Shown here one piece after another: positions 1-10,563 of a DNA stretch of 64,000 nt. The notes under the pieces were generated by a model. That model saw only the letters and a list, made by a program, of their open reading frames with translations. It made no database searches and was not told the DNA's origin. Source of the stretch: an uncultured bacterium (GTDB lineage: Bacteria; Planctomycetota; UBA1135; GCA-002686595). The position numbers and the translations under genes are program-made. Location: assembly GCA_943787795.1 (NCBI GenBank), contig CALSNU010000007.1:32001-96000 (forward strand), given 5' to 3'. How positions within the stretch are numbered: position 1 is the first letter of the stretch; the number at the start of each line of letters is the position of its first letter.

Positions 1-179
1 GTTGTGGGCGACGCCACCGGGATCAGCCGGGATAGCCGGGAGCGGGGCCCTGTGTCTCGGAGCAGGATCTTCGCCCGCGTCGAGGCCGCCGTCTGGCCTC
101 TTGGGAGAGCGAGATGGCTGCGCTGACCTCTCACGTTGGGCCAGGGCTCCCGACGACGGGGTTCTTCTGGGGCTCACCC

Positions 180-204
180 GGAACCTCGAGGGCGCCCCTC
201 GGTT
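180..204 (+). promoter_or_regulatory. Possible ECF-type autoregulatory promoter (GGAACC-N16-GTT)
   Basis: GGAACC 180-185 and GTT 202-204 lie just upstream of the ECF ATG at 218; the region is also an inverted repeat. Confidence 0.3.
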
Positions 205-217
205 CCACCCCTCGGCC

Positions 218-859
218 ATGACTCTCCCCCAGGATCCGTCCCAACGTCCCCTCGGGGATCGCGCCTCGGGGGAGCCGTCACCCGACCGCGGCGCAGAGCT
301 CATGATCGCCTGGCAGCGTGGGGACGATCAGGCCTTTCACGAGCTGGTGGACGTCTACTCCGGCCAGGTCTATGCCCTGCTGACGCGCTTCCTGGGCCGC
401 CGGCATCCGGGCCGTGAGGACCTCGTCCAGGAGGTCTTCCTGCGCGTTGTGAAGGCGCGCGCGCGGTACACCGCGACCGCTCGCTTCTCCACGTGGCTGT
501 ACACCATCGTCTGGCGCCTCTGCATCAACGAGACCGAGCGCTCGAGGGGACGCCGCCACCTCTCGCTCGACGCCGAGCTGGAGGATGAGAAGCGCCTCGA
601 GCTGCCGGACAGCGTCGAGCTTGACCCCGTGGACGGGGTGGCCCGCGCCGATGTCATCCGCGAGGTCCGAGCCGCGATCGCCGAGCTCCCCGACAGCCAG
701 CGGATCGCCATGGTCCTGGCGCGGTATCACTCCCTTAGCTTCGCCGAAATCGCCGACGTCGTCGGCTCCTCGGAGAAGGCCATCAAGTCAATGATCCACC
801 GCGCGAGAGAGACGCTCCGCGCACGGCTCCAGCCGCTCTTCGAGAGGGAGGCAATATGA
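218..859 (+). CDS. ECF RNA polymerase sigma factor
   Basis: Region 2 (EDLVQEVFLRV, FSTWLYTI) and region 4 (LPDSQR...LSFAEIADVVG...IHRARETLR); ATG 218 chosen within ORF 2..859. Confidence 0.92.
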   Translation: MTLPQDPSQRPLGDRASGEPSPDRGAELMIAWQRGDDQAFHELVDVYSGQVYALLTRFLGRRHPGREDLVQEVFLRVVKARARYTATARFSTWLYTIVWRLCINETERSRGRRHLSLDAELEDEKRLELPDSVELDPVDGVARADVIREVRAAIAELPDSQRIAMVLARYHSLSFAEIADVVGSSEKAIKSMIHRARETLRARLQPLFEREAI

Positions 860-1386
860 CCCCTGGACCGAAACACAACCCCCGCGGCATCCCTGAGGCC
901 GGGCGCGAGCTGGACGAGCTGCTGGGTCTTGACCCGACCCCGACGCTGAACGAGGAGGCTCGTCAGAGGATTCACGATCAGCTGTCCGCTGAGAACGACC
1001 GCGTCCTGGACGCGGTTCTCGGGCTTGATGAGGTCACCCTGCCCGGCGGCCTCGCGGGCCGGGTTCGGGCGGCGGTCCTCGCCGATAGGCGGAGGCGACG
1101 GCTCCGCCCCGTGAGGTGGACGGCCGCGGCCGTCGCCGCGGGCTTGCTCGTCGCTGCGGGGGCCGGCTGGCTCCCGTTGGGGGGGCAGGGGCCGTTCACG
1201 TTGCCGCTGGATGGCGAGCCGGTCGCGTCCCTCGAGAACCCGAGCGAGGAGCTGCTCGCGGCGCTCCCACTCCTGGAGTCCCTGGAGTTCCTCGAGCAGG
1301 AGTTTGATCCCTTCGAGCGAGAGGTCGCGCTGGCGTTGGACCCGCGTGACGCTGTCCTCCTGGAGTTGTTGGAGCTCGGGGGCTGA
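856..1386 (+). CDS. Putative single-TM anti-sigma factor
   Basis: ATGA overlap with the ECF gene; basic stretch followed by one hydrophobic helix (WTAAAVAAGLLVAAGAGWL). Confidence 0.65.
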   Translation: MTPGPKHNPRGIPEAGRELDELLGLDPTPTLNEEARQRIHDQLSAENDRVLDAVLGLDEVTLPGGLAGRVRAAVLADRRRRRLRPVRWTAAAVAAGLLVAAGAGWLPLGGQGPFTLPLDGEPVASLENPSEELLAALPLLESLEFLEQEFDPFEREVALALDPRDAVLLELLELGG

Positions 1387-1390
1387 TCCG

Positions 1391-2551
1391 ATGAGGTCAC
1401 AGAGGATCCTCACCTGGCTGCTCACGCTGGGCCTGATGATGAGCGCCGCGCCCGCGGCGTCAGCGCTCCAGCAACGTCCCTCCGGCGAGGGCACACCGCC
1501 GCTCGGAGCCGAGCGACGGGCGGAGCTCATGGAGCGTTGGCAGGCCATGGATGACGCCGAGCGCGCGCGCATGGTGGAGCGCTTCGAGCGGCTCCGCTCA
1601 CTCTCCCCCGAGGAGCAACAGCGCGCCCGACAGCAGGCTCGCCGGCTGACCGACGAGCTGAGCGCCACGGAGGAGGCGCTGGGACCAGAGCAGCGCGCCA
1701 CGCTGGGCCGGCTGTCCAGGAAGGAGCGGCAGCGGGTGGTGCGCGGCCTGTTCCGTGACGGTGCCCGCAGCACAGCGACGCTGATGCGTCGGATGCTCAC
1801 GGAGGAGGAGTTCGCGCGCCTCGAGACCCTCGACGCAGCGCAGCGTGATGAGGTGATCGTCCGCCTCAAGAAGCGCGCGATGGAGCAGGTCTTCCGTGAC
1901 CTCGGCCGGATGAGCCGGGAGGTCGGGCTGACCGCCGAGTCGGTTCGAGCGCTGCGGACTCTCCCGCCTGAGGAGCGGCGAGACGCGCTGGTGGCCGAGC
2001 TCAGGCAGCTCTTTGGGGAGCACGTGGCCGTCGAGGGCCTCCCGCCTGGCGTGAGCCGGACGGCTTGGGAGCACATGAACAGCGGGTCGGATGACCAGTT
2101 CGTGCGCGGGCTCTCGAGGATGCTGCGGCGCGATCCTTCCTTCGGGGTCGCCCCCGAGCGGTGGGAGAAGCTCCGGGCCAGACGAAGCGCCCAGGCGCGC
2201 CGGCTCGCGGCGCTCGCCGAGCCCTCGTTGAGCCTGCGTAGCGCGCGGCCCGAGCTCTACGGGCGTTCGTTGAGGCAGGCCGCCCTGGCCACGCGTCGGG
2301 CCGAGGCGGTCGCCGAACTGGCGAGTATCGGTCAGCTGAGCGACATCGAGCAGGACCGCCTCAGGTCCTTCCCAGACGATGGCCTTGGGCTTGTCTATAA
2401 GGTCGCGCTCGAGCGGCTCCGGCGAGGCGTGGACGGCCGCTCTGCGGTGGCCGAGGCCATGACCGTTGCCACCAAGCGTGCTGCCGCGGAGGGGCGGGGT
2501 GGTGCTCGAGGCGAACGCTCCAGACCGGACCGTTCACCCGGCGGGCGCTGA
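1391..2551 (+). CDS. Secreted helical protein (DUF3106-like), third gene of ECF operon
   Basis: Signal peptide MRSQRILTWLLTLGLMMSAAPA; repeated W..M...ER / LSPEEQ-type helical motifs. Confidence 0.6.
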   Translation: MRSQRILTWLLTLGLMMSAAPAASALQQRPSGEGTPPLGAERRAELMERWQAMDDAERARMVERFERLRSLSPEEQQRARQQARRLTDELSATEEALGPEQRATLGRLSRKERQRVVRGLFRDGARSTATLMRRMLTEEEFARLETLDAAQRDEVIVRLKKRAMEQVFRDLGRMSREVGLTAESVRALRTLPPEERRDALVAELRQLFGEHVAVEGLPPGVSRTAWEHMNSGSDDQFVRGLSRMLRRDPSFGVAPERWEKLRARRSAQARRLAALAEPSLSLRSARPELYGRSLRQAALATRRAEAVAELASIGQLSDIEQDRLRSFPDDGLGLVYKVALERLRRGVDGRSAVAEAMTVATKRAAAEGRGGARGERSRPDRSPGGR

Positions 2552-2593
2552 ACCGGCGGTCCCTTGGGAGGGGATCTCGGTTAGCTTTCCGGC

Positions 2594-3793
2594 GTGCCGA
2601 AAGACCCCTCAGATTCCCCGCGGGACCCCGCGTCCCTCCAGATTCCCTTCGTGGGGGTCGAGCAGATGCCGCCGACGGACCGCCGCGCGGCCATGATCGA
2701 CCTGCGGGCGCCGAAGGAGTTTGCAGAGGATCATGCGCCCGGCGCCATCAACGTGCCTCTGTTCGAGGACGACACACGCTCCTACGTGGGCTTGCTCTAC
2801 AGGCAATTTGGTCCGGAGGCGGCCTTCCAGGAGGGGCGGGCTGCGGTCGTGGAGGGGGTTCAGAGCCTCGTCGGGAACATCCTCGCCTCGATCAACCGCC
2901 CGATGCCTCCGGATGACCTGCGCGCCAGGGTGTTGGAGCTGACCGGCGAAGGCATGGCGCGCATGGAGGGGGCGCTGGAGCTGTGCCCAGCGGGCGAACT
3001 CACCGACGACGCGGTGGTCTTCACCTGCGCGCGGGGCGGGCTGCGGTCCCGGAGCGTCGTTGCGCTCATGAGGTCCATTGGCCTCGAGACGGCGGTGGGC
3101 CTTGAGGGCGGCTACCGAGCGTACCGACGGGGCGTCATGGAGCGCCTCGAGGCGTGGCGGCCGCCGGGCCTCGTCGTGTCCCTGCGTGGCCTGACCGGGG
3201 TCGGCAAGACCCTCGTGCTCCGCGCCATCGAGACCCAGCGCCCGGGCTGGACCCTCGACCTCGAGGGGATCGCGGGTCACCGCAGCTCGCTGCTCGGGAT
3301 GGTCGGCCTCGCGCCCGTATCGCAGAAGGCCTTCGAGTCAGGGCTCTGTCGCCGGGCAGAGCAGGGCTTCCCGGCGGGCGTGATGATCGTCGAGGGCGAG
3401 AGTCGCAAGGTCGGCGACGCGGTGATCCCGCCGGGCATCTGGGCGGCCATGAAGGGCGCCACGAACATCGAGGTGACGGCGGGGACGCCGCGCCGGGTCA
3501 CCGTCCTCTCGGAGGACTATCTCGCAGACCCTTCGGGGCTCCCGGTCCTCCGCCGTCAGCTGGAGACGGTGTCGGAGCGCATGGACGGCGCCCCGGACCT
3601 CGCGGGGATGCTCGACCGGGGAGAGATCGGGCCGCTGGTCGAGCTCCTGCTGGAGCGCTACTACGACCCCCTCTACCGCCGCAGCGAGACCGGGAAGGAG
3701 TACGCCACCAGCGTCGACGCGGAGTGCGCCGAGGACGCGGCGTCGGCCGTCATCGGCTGGGTCGAGAAGCGGCTCTCAGGCGTCCTGGACTGA
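2594..3793 (+). CDS. selU: tRNA 2-selenouridine synthase
   Basis: Rhodanese domain (IDLRAPKEF..HAPGAINVPL, CARGGLRS) plus P-loop GLTGVGKT, DLEGIAGHRSS, EGESRKVG, YYDPLY; start uncertain. Confidence 0.9.
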   Translation: MPKDPSDSPRDPASLQIPFVGVEQMPPTDRRAAMIDLRAPKEFAEDHAPGAINVPLFEDDTRSYVGLLYRQFGPEAAFQEGRAAVVEGVQSLVGNILASINRPMPPDDLRARVLELTGEGMARMEGALELCPAGELTDDAVVFTCARGGLRSRSVVALMRSIGLETAVGLEGGYRAYRRGVMERLEAWRPPGLVVSLRGLTGVGKTLVLRAIETQRPGWTLDLEGIAGHRSSLLGMVGLAPVSQKAFESGLCRRAEQGFPAGVMIVEGESRKVGDAVIPPGIWAAMKGATNIEVTAGTPRRVTVLSEDYLADPSGLPVLRRQLETVSERMDGAPDLAGMLDRGEIGPLVELLLERYYDPLYRRSETGKEYATSVDAECAEDAASAVIGWVEKRLSGVLD

Positions 3794-3898
3794 TCCTTTG
3801 CATGGTCTGAACCTGGAGGGCTGCGATCCGTGGCCTTGGGGCTGGCGAGGGGGAGCTTCCGCGGATCTCCTCCTGGTTCGGCTCGCACCCGGACTCCA

Positions 3899-5671
3899 AT
3901 GAACGCTCTCCTCCTCACGCTCGTCGCTGTTCTTCCCGGAGCAGACGCGGCGACCACTCTTCAGCCTGCGCCCATCTCGGTGGGCCAGGACATCACGGAA
4001 TTGATCACCCAGCTCGAGGGAGGGGTCCCTGCGGAGCAGCTGGCCGCGGCCCAGCGGGTCAGGGACCTTGGCAAGCGCGGGGCCAAGGCGGTCCCTTCCC
4101 TCATGCAGTGCCTCTCCTCGGGAGAGCCGCAGCTGGTGGCCGCGAGCGTCGAGGCGCTCGTTGCGATCGGACCCAAGGCGCGGGCTGCGCTGCTCGAGGC
4201 GCTCGAGACCGGGAGCTTCGGAGACGCCCCCGTGCCGCCCGGCCCGGTGGCTGGCGCCCTGCTGCAGCTCGGCAAGCGCGCGCGGCTGGCGGTCGAGGCC
4301 TATATCCAGGCGGCGGAGCGCGGCCCGGAGCTGCTCCAGATCCTGGAGGAACTCGGTCCGCCGGGGCTGCCCTTCCTGGTTGAGGCGGCGGCGGATGGGA
4401 GCGAGTCCTCGGCCGGTGCGCTCCGGTCCATCCGGCGCCTCGCGGCGCGCGAGGTCCGTACGGACGAGCCGCTCGACAAGGCGCTCAAGCGCGTGGACGA
4501 CGAGGACCTCGTCGGGGCGATCTCGGTGAGCTGGACCCAGTCGCCCAGGCGCGGGGACATCGACGATCTCCGCCGTTGGATCGAGAGCGAGCGGCCGGAG
4601 CTGGTGGAGACGGGGCTCTGGGCTGCGGGGCTCCTTGGTGGGAGCGCCGCCGCGCTTGCCGAGCCCGCCCTGTCTCGCGCGTCGAGCCCGGACCCCCAGA
4701 TCCGCCGATCCGCGCTGTGGGCGTTGGGGTCCATGGTGACCGCTGACCCGGGCCTCCCTGTGGATGCGATCACGGCGAGCTTCCCGGGGGCCAGCGCAGC
4801 AGCGCGCAAGCGGGCCGAGGCCGCCGCGGAGGGGGACGCCCTGTTCATCTGGCGAGAGGCGGGGAAGCCCCTCGGCTTCCGAGGACGCGTGGGCGACCGC
4901 GCGCGGAAGCTCTGGGCCATCGCGCCCACCTGGACCTTCTCGATGGAGCCCTTCCCGCCGGCGCCGGATCCCAGCGCGGCGCCCGCGCCGCTGCAGGCGG
5001 CGGTCGGTGGTCTCATCTCGTCGGCTTCCAGCTGGTCGGCAGAGGCCTCCAGCCAGGTCGATGCGGCCCTGGCCTCTCGCATCCTCAGTCAGATCGGGGT
5101 CACCTCGGAGGCGGCCCTGACGCTCTGGTCGGGTTGGCTCGAGTCCGGGAATGCTGACCTGCGCCGAGAGGCCCTCGTGGGCCTGCGCTCGGCGGGCCGC
5201 GGTGCGATCGAGTTCGAGGCGCTCGTCATCAAGCAGCTCTCCGACGCTTCGACTCAGGTCGTCGCCGCTCAGGTACTGGCGGCCATCGCGACGCCGACGG
5301 CGTGGACCGCGGCGGTGGAGGCGGTGGCGGCCATCGAGGGCAAGCCCCCGTTTGCGATGCTCGTGGCCATTGGCCGCTTTGACCTGGCAGCGCTGCGCCC
5401 CGGGCTCGATCGGTTTCGAGAGCTCTACCGCGAGGGGCACTACGTCATGGCAGCGCTGATGATCCGCTTCGGGGAGGAGGTGCTCGAGGACTTCAGCTTC
5501 GAGCTTGGCGCCGGCCTCGCGGACCGTCGCATGGTGGCCGCCGAGTCCCTCGGCCATATGGGCGCAGCCGCGCGGCCGGTGCTCCCCAAGCTCAAGGCGA
5601 TGAAGGAGCGAAGCCCCATCGCTCAGCAGCTCCTCGTCGACGCGATCAGCCGGATCGAAGCTGGCGGCTGA
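3899..5671 (+). CDS. Secreted HEAT/PBS-repeat protein
   Basis: Signal peptide; repeats such as IRRSALWALGSM, LRREALVGL, RMVAAESLGHMG. Confidence 0.7.
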   Translation: MNALLLTLVAVLPGADAATTLQPAPISVGQDITELITQLEGGVPAEQLAAAQRVRDLGKRGAKAVPSLMQCLSSGEPQLVAASVEALVAIGPKARAALLEALETGSFGDAPVPPGPVAGALLQLGKRARLAVEAYIQAAERGPELLQILEELGPPGLPFLVEAAADGSESSAGALRSIRRLAAREVRTDEPLDKALKRVDDEDLVGAISVSWTQSPRRGDIDDLRRWIESERPELVETGLWAAGLLGGSAAALAEPALSRASSPDPQIRRSALWALGSMVTADPGLPVDAITASFPGASAAARKRAEAAAEGDALFIWREAGKPLGFRGRVGDRARKLWAIAPTWTFSMEPFPPAPDPSAAPAPLQAAVGGLISSASSWSAEASSQVDAALASRILSQIGVTSEAALTLWSGWLESGNADLRREALVGLRSAGRGAIEFEALVIKQLSDASTQVVAAQVLAAIATPTAWTAAVEAVAAIEGKPPFAMLVAIGRFDLAALRPGLDRFRELYREGHYVMAALMIRFGEEVLEDFSFELGAGLADRRMVAAESLGHMGAAARPVLPKLKAMKERSPIAQQLLVDAISRIEAGG

Positions 5672-6470
5672 GCACCGTCGCAACCTCGGAGAGGTCGCTG
5701 AAGCGGAGGTCGGCGGTCCGGGTCATCTCGGGGTGCTCGGCGGGGTCTTCGGCTTGGTCTTCGGCTTGGTCTTCGGCTTGGTCTTCGGCTTGGTCTTCGG
5801 CGGGGTCTTCGGCGGGGTCTTCGGCGCGGTCTTCGGCGGAGCGCTCGGAGAACGGCTGGCCGTGCCGGATCCACCCACTCCGGACCCCCGCCCTCCTGGC
5901 GCTCAGGCAGTCGTCGATGTCATCCCCCACGAAGAGGAGCTCGCGGTGGGAGGGCTGGTCATGCTCGTGGGCCACGATCGGGGCGTAGACCCGGGTCAGG
6001 TCCCAGCACCTAATGATCTCGTGCACCGGCTCGTGGGACGGCTTGTTCTCGATCCTGCGGTCGAGGTGTGGAGAGTGGTGAGAGCGCGCGATCTGGACCT
6101 GGAAGAGCTCGGTGCTGGGCGGGAATCCGCTGCGTTGCAGGAGCGCGTCGAAGGCCTCCAGCGCCTCGCCATTGTTGCGGGTGCAGATGGCCGTCCTGAG
6201 GGAGGCGCCGCGGTCCTGGATCGTCGCTGCGAGGTCGGCGAACCCGCCGCCCAGCCTCATCCGGTCGAGGGCGAGGCGCTCCTCCTCCCAGACCAGGGCC
6301 TCCATGTGGGCTTGCTCCGCGCTGTCGCGGGCGTTGGCGGCGATCCAGGCCAGGATCGAGCCCGAGCTTGGCATCCCAATCCTCGTCCTGAGCTGGTCAA
6401 AGCTGATCGCGCCGGGGGCCGTCAGCGTCCCGTCCAGGTCGAAGATGACGCCTGCCACCTCGGGGCTCAT
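5646..6470 (-). CDS. HAD-superfamily hydrolase
   Basis: Motif I FDLDGTL, motif II ICTRN, KP, motif IV VGDDIDD; C-terminal AED(P/Q) repeats. Confidence 0.85.
   Translation of the reverse strand: MSPEVAGVIFDLDGTLTAPGAISFDQLRTRIGMPSSGSILAWIAANARDSAEQAHMEALVWEEERLALDRMRLGGGFADLAATIQDRGASLRTAICTRNNGEALEAFDALLQRSGFPPSTELFQVQIARSHHSPHLDRRIENKPSHEPVHEIIRCWDLTRVYAPIVAHEHDQPSHRELLFVGDDIDDCLSARRAGVRSGWIRHGQPFSERSAEDRAEDPAEDPAEDQAEDQAEDQAEDQAEDPAEHPEMTRTADLRFSDLSEVATVLSRQLRSG
5731..5838. repeat. 12-bp coding tandem repeat (~9 units) encoding AED[P/Q/R]
   Basis: Units such as GGTCTTCGGCTT / GGTCTTCGGCGG seen directly. Confidence 0.95.
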
Positions 6471-7636
6471 CGAAACCTCCGCCAAGGCGCCGCCTCACAG
6501 GCGGCGACGAGCTCCTCGAGGGGGTACGCCGTCCCGCGCCAGACCACGGTCCTCGTGAGGAGGGCGGTGAGCGTCGATCGCCAGAGGGTGACCAGGAAGA
6601 GCGAGAGGCCGAGGGGGAAGACCACTGCGCTCGCCGCTGGCAGGCCGGACCGCTCAGCCGCCTTCGAGGCGGCTCGAACAAGGAGCAACGCAGCGAGGGC
6701 GGCCAAGGCCCTCGCCGTCAGGCTCAGGCCAGGGAGCCAGGGCAAGATGAACGGAGCGATGAGGAGCAGCCCGATGAAGCCGGTGGCGGCCACGACCGCC
6801 GCGAGTCGGAAGTCCACCCCGGCGAAGGCGTTCTTCACGAGGCCGCGCATCATCGCAGCGAGGCCTGGGTACCACTCGAGGCTGATCAGGTCTCCGGCGT
6901 AGACGAACTCCGATCGGCCACCTCCGGCCTTCATCATCCGCCCGAGGCCAAGATCGTCGATGATGCACATGCGGAGCGGCTCATGGCCGCCAGCGCTCAG
7001 GTAGGGGCGACGCCTGACCAGGTTCAGCGCGCCGATCCCGACGGCGGAGCGCGTCCGCGGGAGGGGGACGCGCCACGGCTGGGTGAAGAGGCCGAAGAGG
7101 ACACCGAAGGCGGCGATCATCCCGGCGAGGGCGAAGGACGCGGTGCGAATGGTCGGTCCGCCGGTCAGGTGATCCAGCTCGTTGGCCTCTGCAAATCGAA
7201 CCACGGCCTCGACGGCGCCCTTCTCGAAGACGACGTCGGCATCCGTGAACAGGAGCCAGTCGGAGGCGCTCGCCGCCTCGGAGCCCCTGGCGAGCGCGTG
7301 GCTCTTGCCCAGCCATCCGGGCGGGAGGGTGTCCACGCGCACGCGCTGGAGCTGGTGGTGCTCGGCCTGGAGTCCGGCCAGGATCTCGGAGGTGCCGTCC
7401 GTGGACCGGTCGTCGACAACGATGACCTGCGTCGCGGGCCCCACCCGGCCCAGGAGGGAGCGCAGCGCCGGCTCGATCGTCTCCGCCTCGTCCCGCGCCG
7501 CGATCACGACGGCGACCGAAGGCGCGTCCAGGTCCTGGGGGTCGGGGTGGAGGCGCCGCACCTTGGCCATGCCGGGCGCCACCAACAGGGTCCCGAGGAG
7601 CGCAACTAGCGCGAGGATGGCGGCGAAGAGCGTCAT
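6467..7636 (-). CDS. Membrane glycosyltransferase family 2 (HpnB/CrtQ-like)
   Basis: VVIAARDE, VVDDRSTDGT, GWLGKSHAL, LFTDAD, IDDLGLG; N- and C-terminal TM helices. Confidence 0.85.
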   Translation of the reverse strand: MTLFAAILALVALLGTLLVAPGMAKVRRLHPDPQDLDAPSVAVVIAARDEAETIEPALRSLLGRVGPATQVIVVDDRSTDGTSEILAGLQAEHHQLQRVRVDTLPPGWLGKSHALARGSEAASASDWLLFTDADVVFEKGAVEAVVRFAEANELDHLTGGPTIRTASFALAGMIAAFGVLFGLFTQPWRVPLPRTRSAVGIGALNLVRRRPYLSAGGHEPLRMCIIDDLGLGRMMKAGGGRSEFVYAGDLISLEWYPGLAAMMRGLVKNAFAGVDFRLAAVVAATGFIGLLLIAPFILPWLPGLSLTARALAALAALLLVRAASKAAERSGLPAASAVVFPLGLSLFLVTLWRSTLTALLTRTVVWRGTAYPLEELVAACEAAPWRRFR

Positions 7637-7748
7637 GGGTGGGGGATCGTCCCGTGTACCGGACGCGCCGGGCTTCACCGGCGGGGCCCCGGTGCTAACC
7701 TCTTCGGCCCTCCAGCGCACCCAGTTCCTCCTCCGCCGTAGCGAATCC

Positions 7749-10401
7749 ATGACTGTCTCGACCCCCCACGACACGGACGCCCCCCAGCCGAAGTTCCGCA
7801 AGGACTACCTCCCGCCGAACTTCCAGGTCGACTCCGTGGCCCTCGAGTTCGACCTCGAGGAGGAGCAGACGATCGTCCGGGCCAAGATCGCCATGGCCCG
7901 GAGCGGAGCTGCTGGCGCCCCCCTGGTGCTCAATGGTGAGGAGCTCGAGACGCTCTCGGTGGCCATTGACGGGGTGAACCGCTCCTCCGACGGGTACGCG
8001 ATCGACGGCGAGGAATTGACCATTCCGGACGTGCCGGACCGCTTCACCCTCGAGACCACCGTCCGTATCCACCCGGAGAAGAACACGAGCCTGATGGGGC
8101 TCTACAAGTCGAGCGGCAACTTCTGCACCCAGTGCGAGTCCGAGGGCTTCCGGCGGATCACCTGGTTCCTCGACCGCCCGGACGTGATGGCGACCTATCA
8201 GGTCACGCTCACCGCCGACCGCGCCAAGTACCCGGTGCTGCTCTCCAACGGCAACCGCATCTCGCAGGAGGACCTCGGCGACGGCAGGCACCGCGTCATC
8301 TGGGAGGACCCGTTCAAGAAGCCGAGCTACCTCTTCGCGGTCGTCGCGGGCGACCTCCACTGCCACAGAGGGGACTTCAAGACCATGTCCGGGCGGTCCA
8401 TCGAGCTCGAGGTCTACGTCGAGCCGCGTGACGCGGACAAGTGTGAGCACGCGCTCGGGTCGCTCCAGCGCTCCATGAAGTGGGATGAGGAGCAGTTCGG
8501 TCTCGAGTACGACCTCGACCTGTACATGATCGTCGCGGTCAGCGACTTCAACATGGGCGCCATGGAGAACAAGGGGCTGAACGTCTTCAACTCCAAGTAC
8601 GTGCTGGCGCGCGTGGATACGGCCACCGACGACGACTTCGAGGCGGTCGAGGCGGTCATCGCCCACGAGTACTTCCACAACTGGACCGGGAACCGTGTCA
8701 CGTGCAGGGACTGGTTCCAGCTGACCCTGAAGGAGGGCCTGACCGTCTACCGCGACGCGCGCTTCACGGCGGACATGACCTCGGCGGCGGTCAAGCGCAT
8801 CGACGACGTGGCGGGGCTCCGGTCCCACCAGTTCGCCGAGGACGCGGGCCCGATGGCGCACCCCATCCGGCCCGAGCAGTACATCGAGATGAACAACTTC
8901 TACACCTCGACCGTCTACGAGAAGGGCGCCGAGGTGATCCGGATGTACGAGACGCTGCTCGGGAGGGACGGGTTCCGCAAGGGAATGGACCTCTACTTCG
9001 AGCGTCACGACGGGCAGGCCGTGACCTGCGATGACTTTCGGGCGGCCATGTCGGAGTCCAGTGGGAAGGACCTCAGCCAGTTCGAGCGCTGGTACCTGCA
9101 GAAGGGCACGCCCGGCCTGCGGGCTCGCGGCTGCTACGACCCGGAGGCGTCGACCTACACCCTTGAGTTGACCCAGTCAGCGCCGGAGAACGAGCCGGCG
9201 TTCCAGCCGACGCTCATGCCTGTCGTGACAGGGCTCCTGGGCTCGGATGGCCAGGCTGTTCCGATGGCCTTCGAAGGAGAAGACCCGGCCGGAGCGCCCA
9301 GGGAGCGTGTCCTGGAGCTCACGGATGAGACCCAGACCTGGACCTTCCACGGGGTGACCGCGCCGCCTGTGCCGTCGGTCCTCCGCGGCTTCTCTGCGCC
9401 GGTCCGCCTCGAGACCGAGCGGACCCATGCGGAGCTCGCGTTCTTGTACGCCCACGATTCTGACTCGTTCAACCGCTGGGACGCGGGCCAGACGCTGTTC
9501 ACCGAGGTCATCCTCGAGCTCGCGGAGCGAGCTGGACGCCGTGAGGAGCTCGTGATGGACCGCGCCGTGGTGGACGCCGTGCGCAACGTCCTCCATGACG
9601 CCTCACTGGACGGTTCCCTGAAGGCCCAGGCCATCTCGGTGCCCGGCTTCAGTGTCCTCTCGCAGGCGAAGAGTCCCCGTGCACCCTGCCGCGTTGATCG
9701 AGGCCCGGGACTTCGTGGTGCGATCCCTCGCCGGTGAGCTGCGGAGCGAACTCATCGCTACGCGACAGACCGCGCGCCCCACGGGCTCCTACCAGGCCGA
9801 CAGGGCCTCGATCTCGGGTCGACGGTTGGCGAACGCGGCGCTCGGCCTGCTCAACGCGGCCGACGACGTCGAGGCACGGGCCATGGCCGCTGATCAGTTC
9901 AGCGCAGCCGACAACATGACGGACTCTCAGTCTGCGCTCGCCTGCCTGTGCCAACACGCTTGCGACGAGCGCGATGCCGCGCTCGCCTCGTTCCACGAGC
10001 GCTGGAGCGACGACGCCCTGGTGTTGGACAAGTGGTTCGCGCTGCAGGCCTCGTCACGCCTCACCGGCGCCGAGACCGTGCGTGCGCTGAGCGGACACGA
10101 GGACTTCAACCTCGCGAACCCGAACCGGGTGCGTTCGCTCATCGGCGTCTTCGCCATGCAGAACTTCCGCGGCTTCCACGCTGCGGACGGCTCTGGCTAC
10201 GAGGTCCTGGCGGATACGGTGATTGACCTCGACCCGAAGAACCCGCAGGTCGCGTCACGGCTCGTTCGAGCCCTGAATCCCTGGCGCAGGTTCGAGGCTC
10301 CCTGGAGCGGCATGATGAAGGCCCAGCTCGAGCGCATCGCGGGCCAGGAGGGCCTGTCCAAGGACGTCTTCGAGATCGTCAACAGCGCCCTTCAGGGCTG
10401 A
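7749..10401 (+). pseudogene. pepN: Aminopeptidase N, split by a +1 frameshift near 9675-9678 (possibly a sequencing error)
   Basis: RKDY, TQCESEGFRRIT, GAMENKGLN, HEYFHNW in ORF 7182..9737; C-terminal domain (LDKWFALQA, NPNRVRSL, LSKDVFEIV) in ORF 9652..10401. Confidence 0.9.
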
Positions 10402-10442
10402 CTCTGGGGGCTCGAGAGCCGGGGAACCCGGTGGCTTGGGAG

Positions 10443-10548
10443 CCAGAGACCCAGAGATCCAGAGATCCAGCGATCCAGCGAGCCAGAGATCCAGCGAGCA
10501 GAGAGCCAGTGAGCCGGGGGCCAGGGGCCAGGGGCCAGGGGCCAGGGG
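10443..10548. repeat. Intergenic tandem repeats: ~9x 8-mer CCAG(A/C)GAN then 5x 7-mer CC(A/G)GGGG
   Basis: Seen directly between convergent pepN and fliN. Confidence 0.9.
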
Positions 10549-10563
10549 CACCCCCGTGCTCGC

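Noticed and set aside
7182..7748. N-terminal extension of PepN in the ORF track
   Set aside because: Overlaps the divergent GT2 gene; PepN similarity begins after ATG 7749
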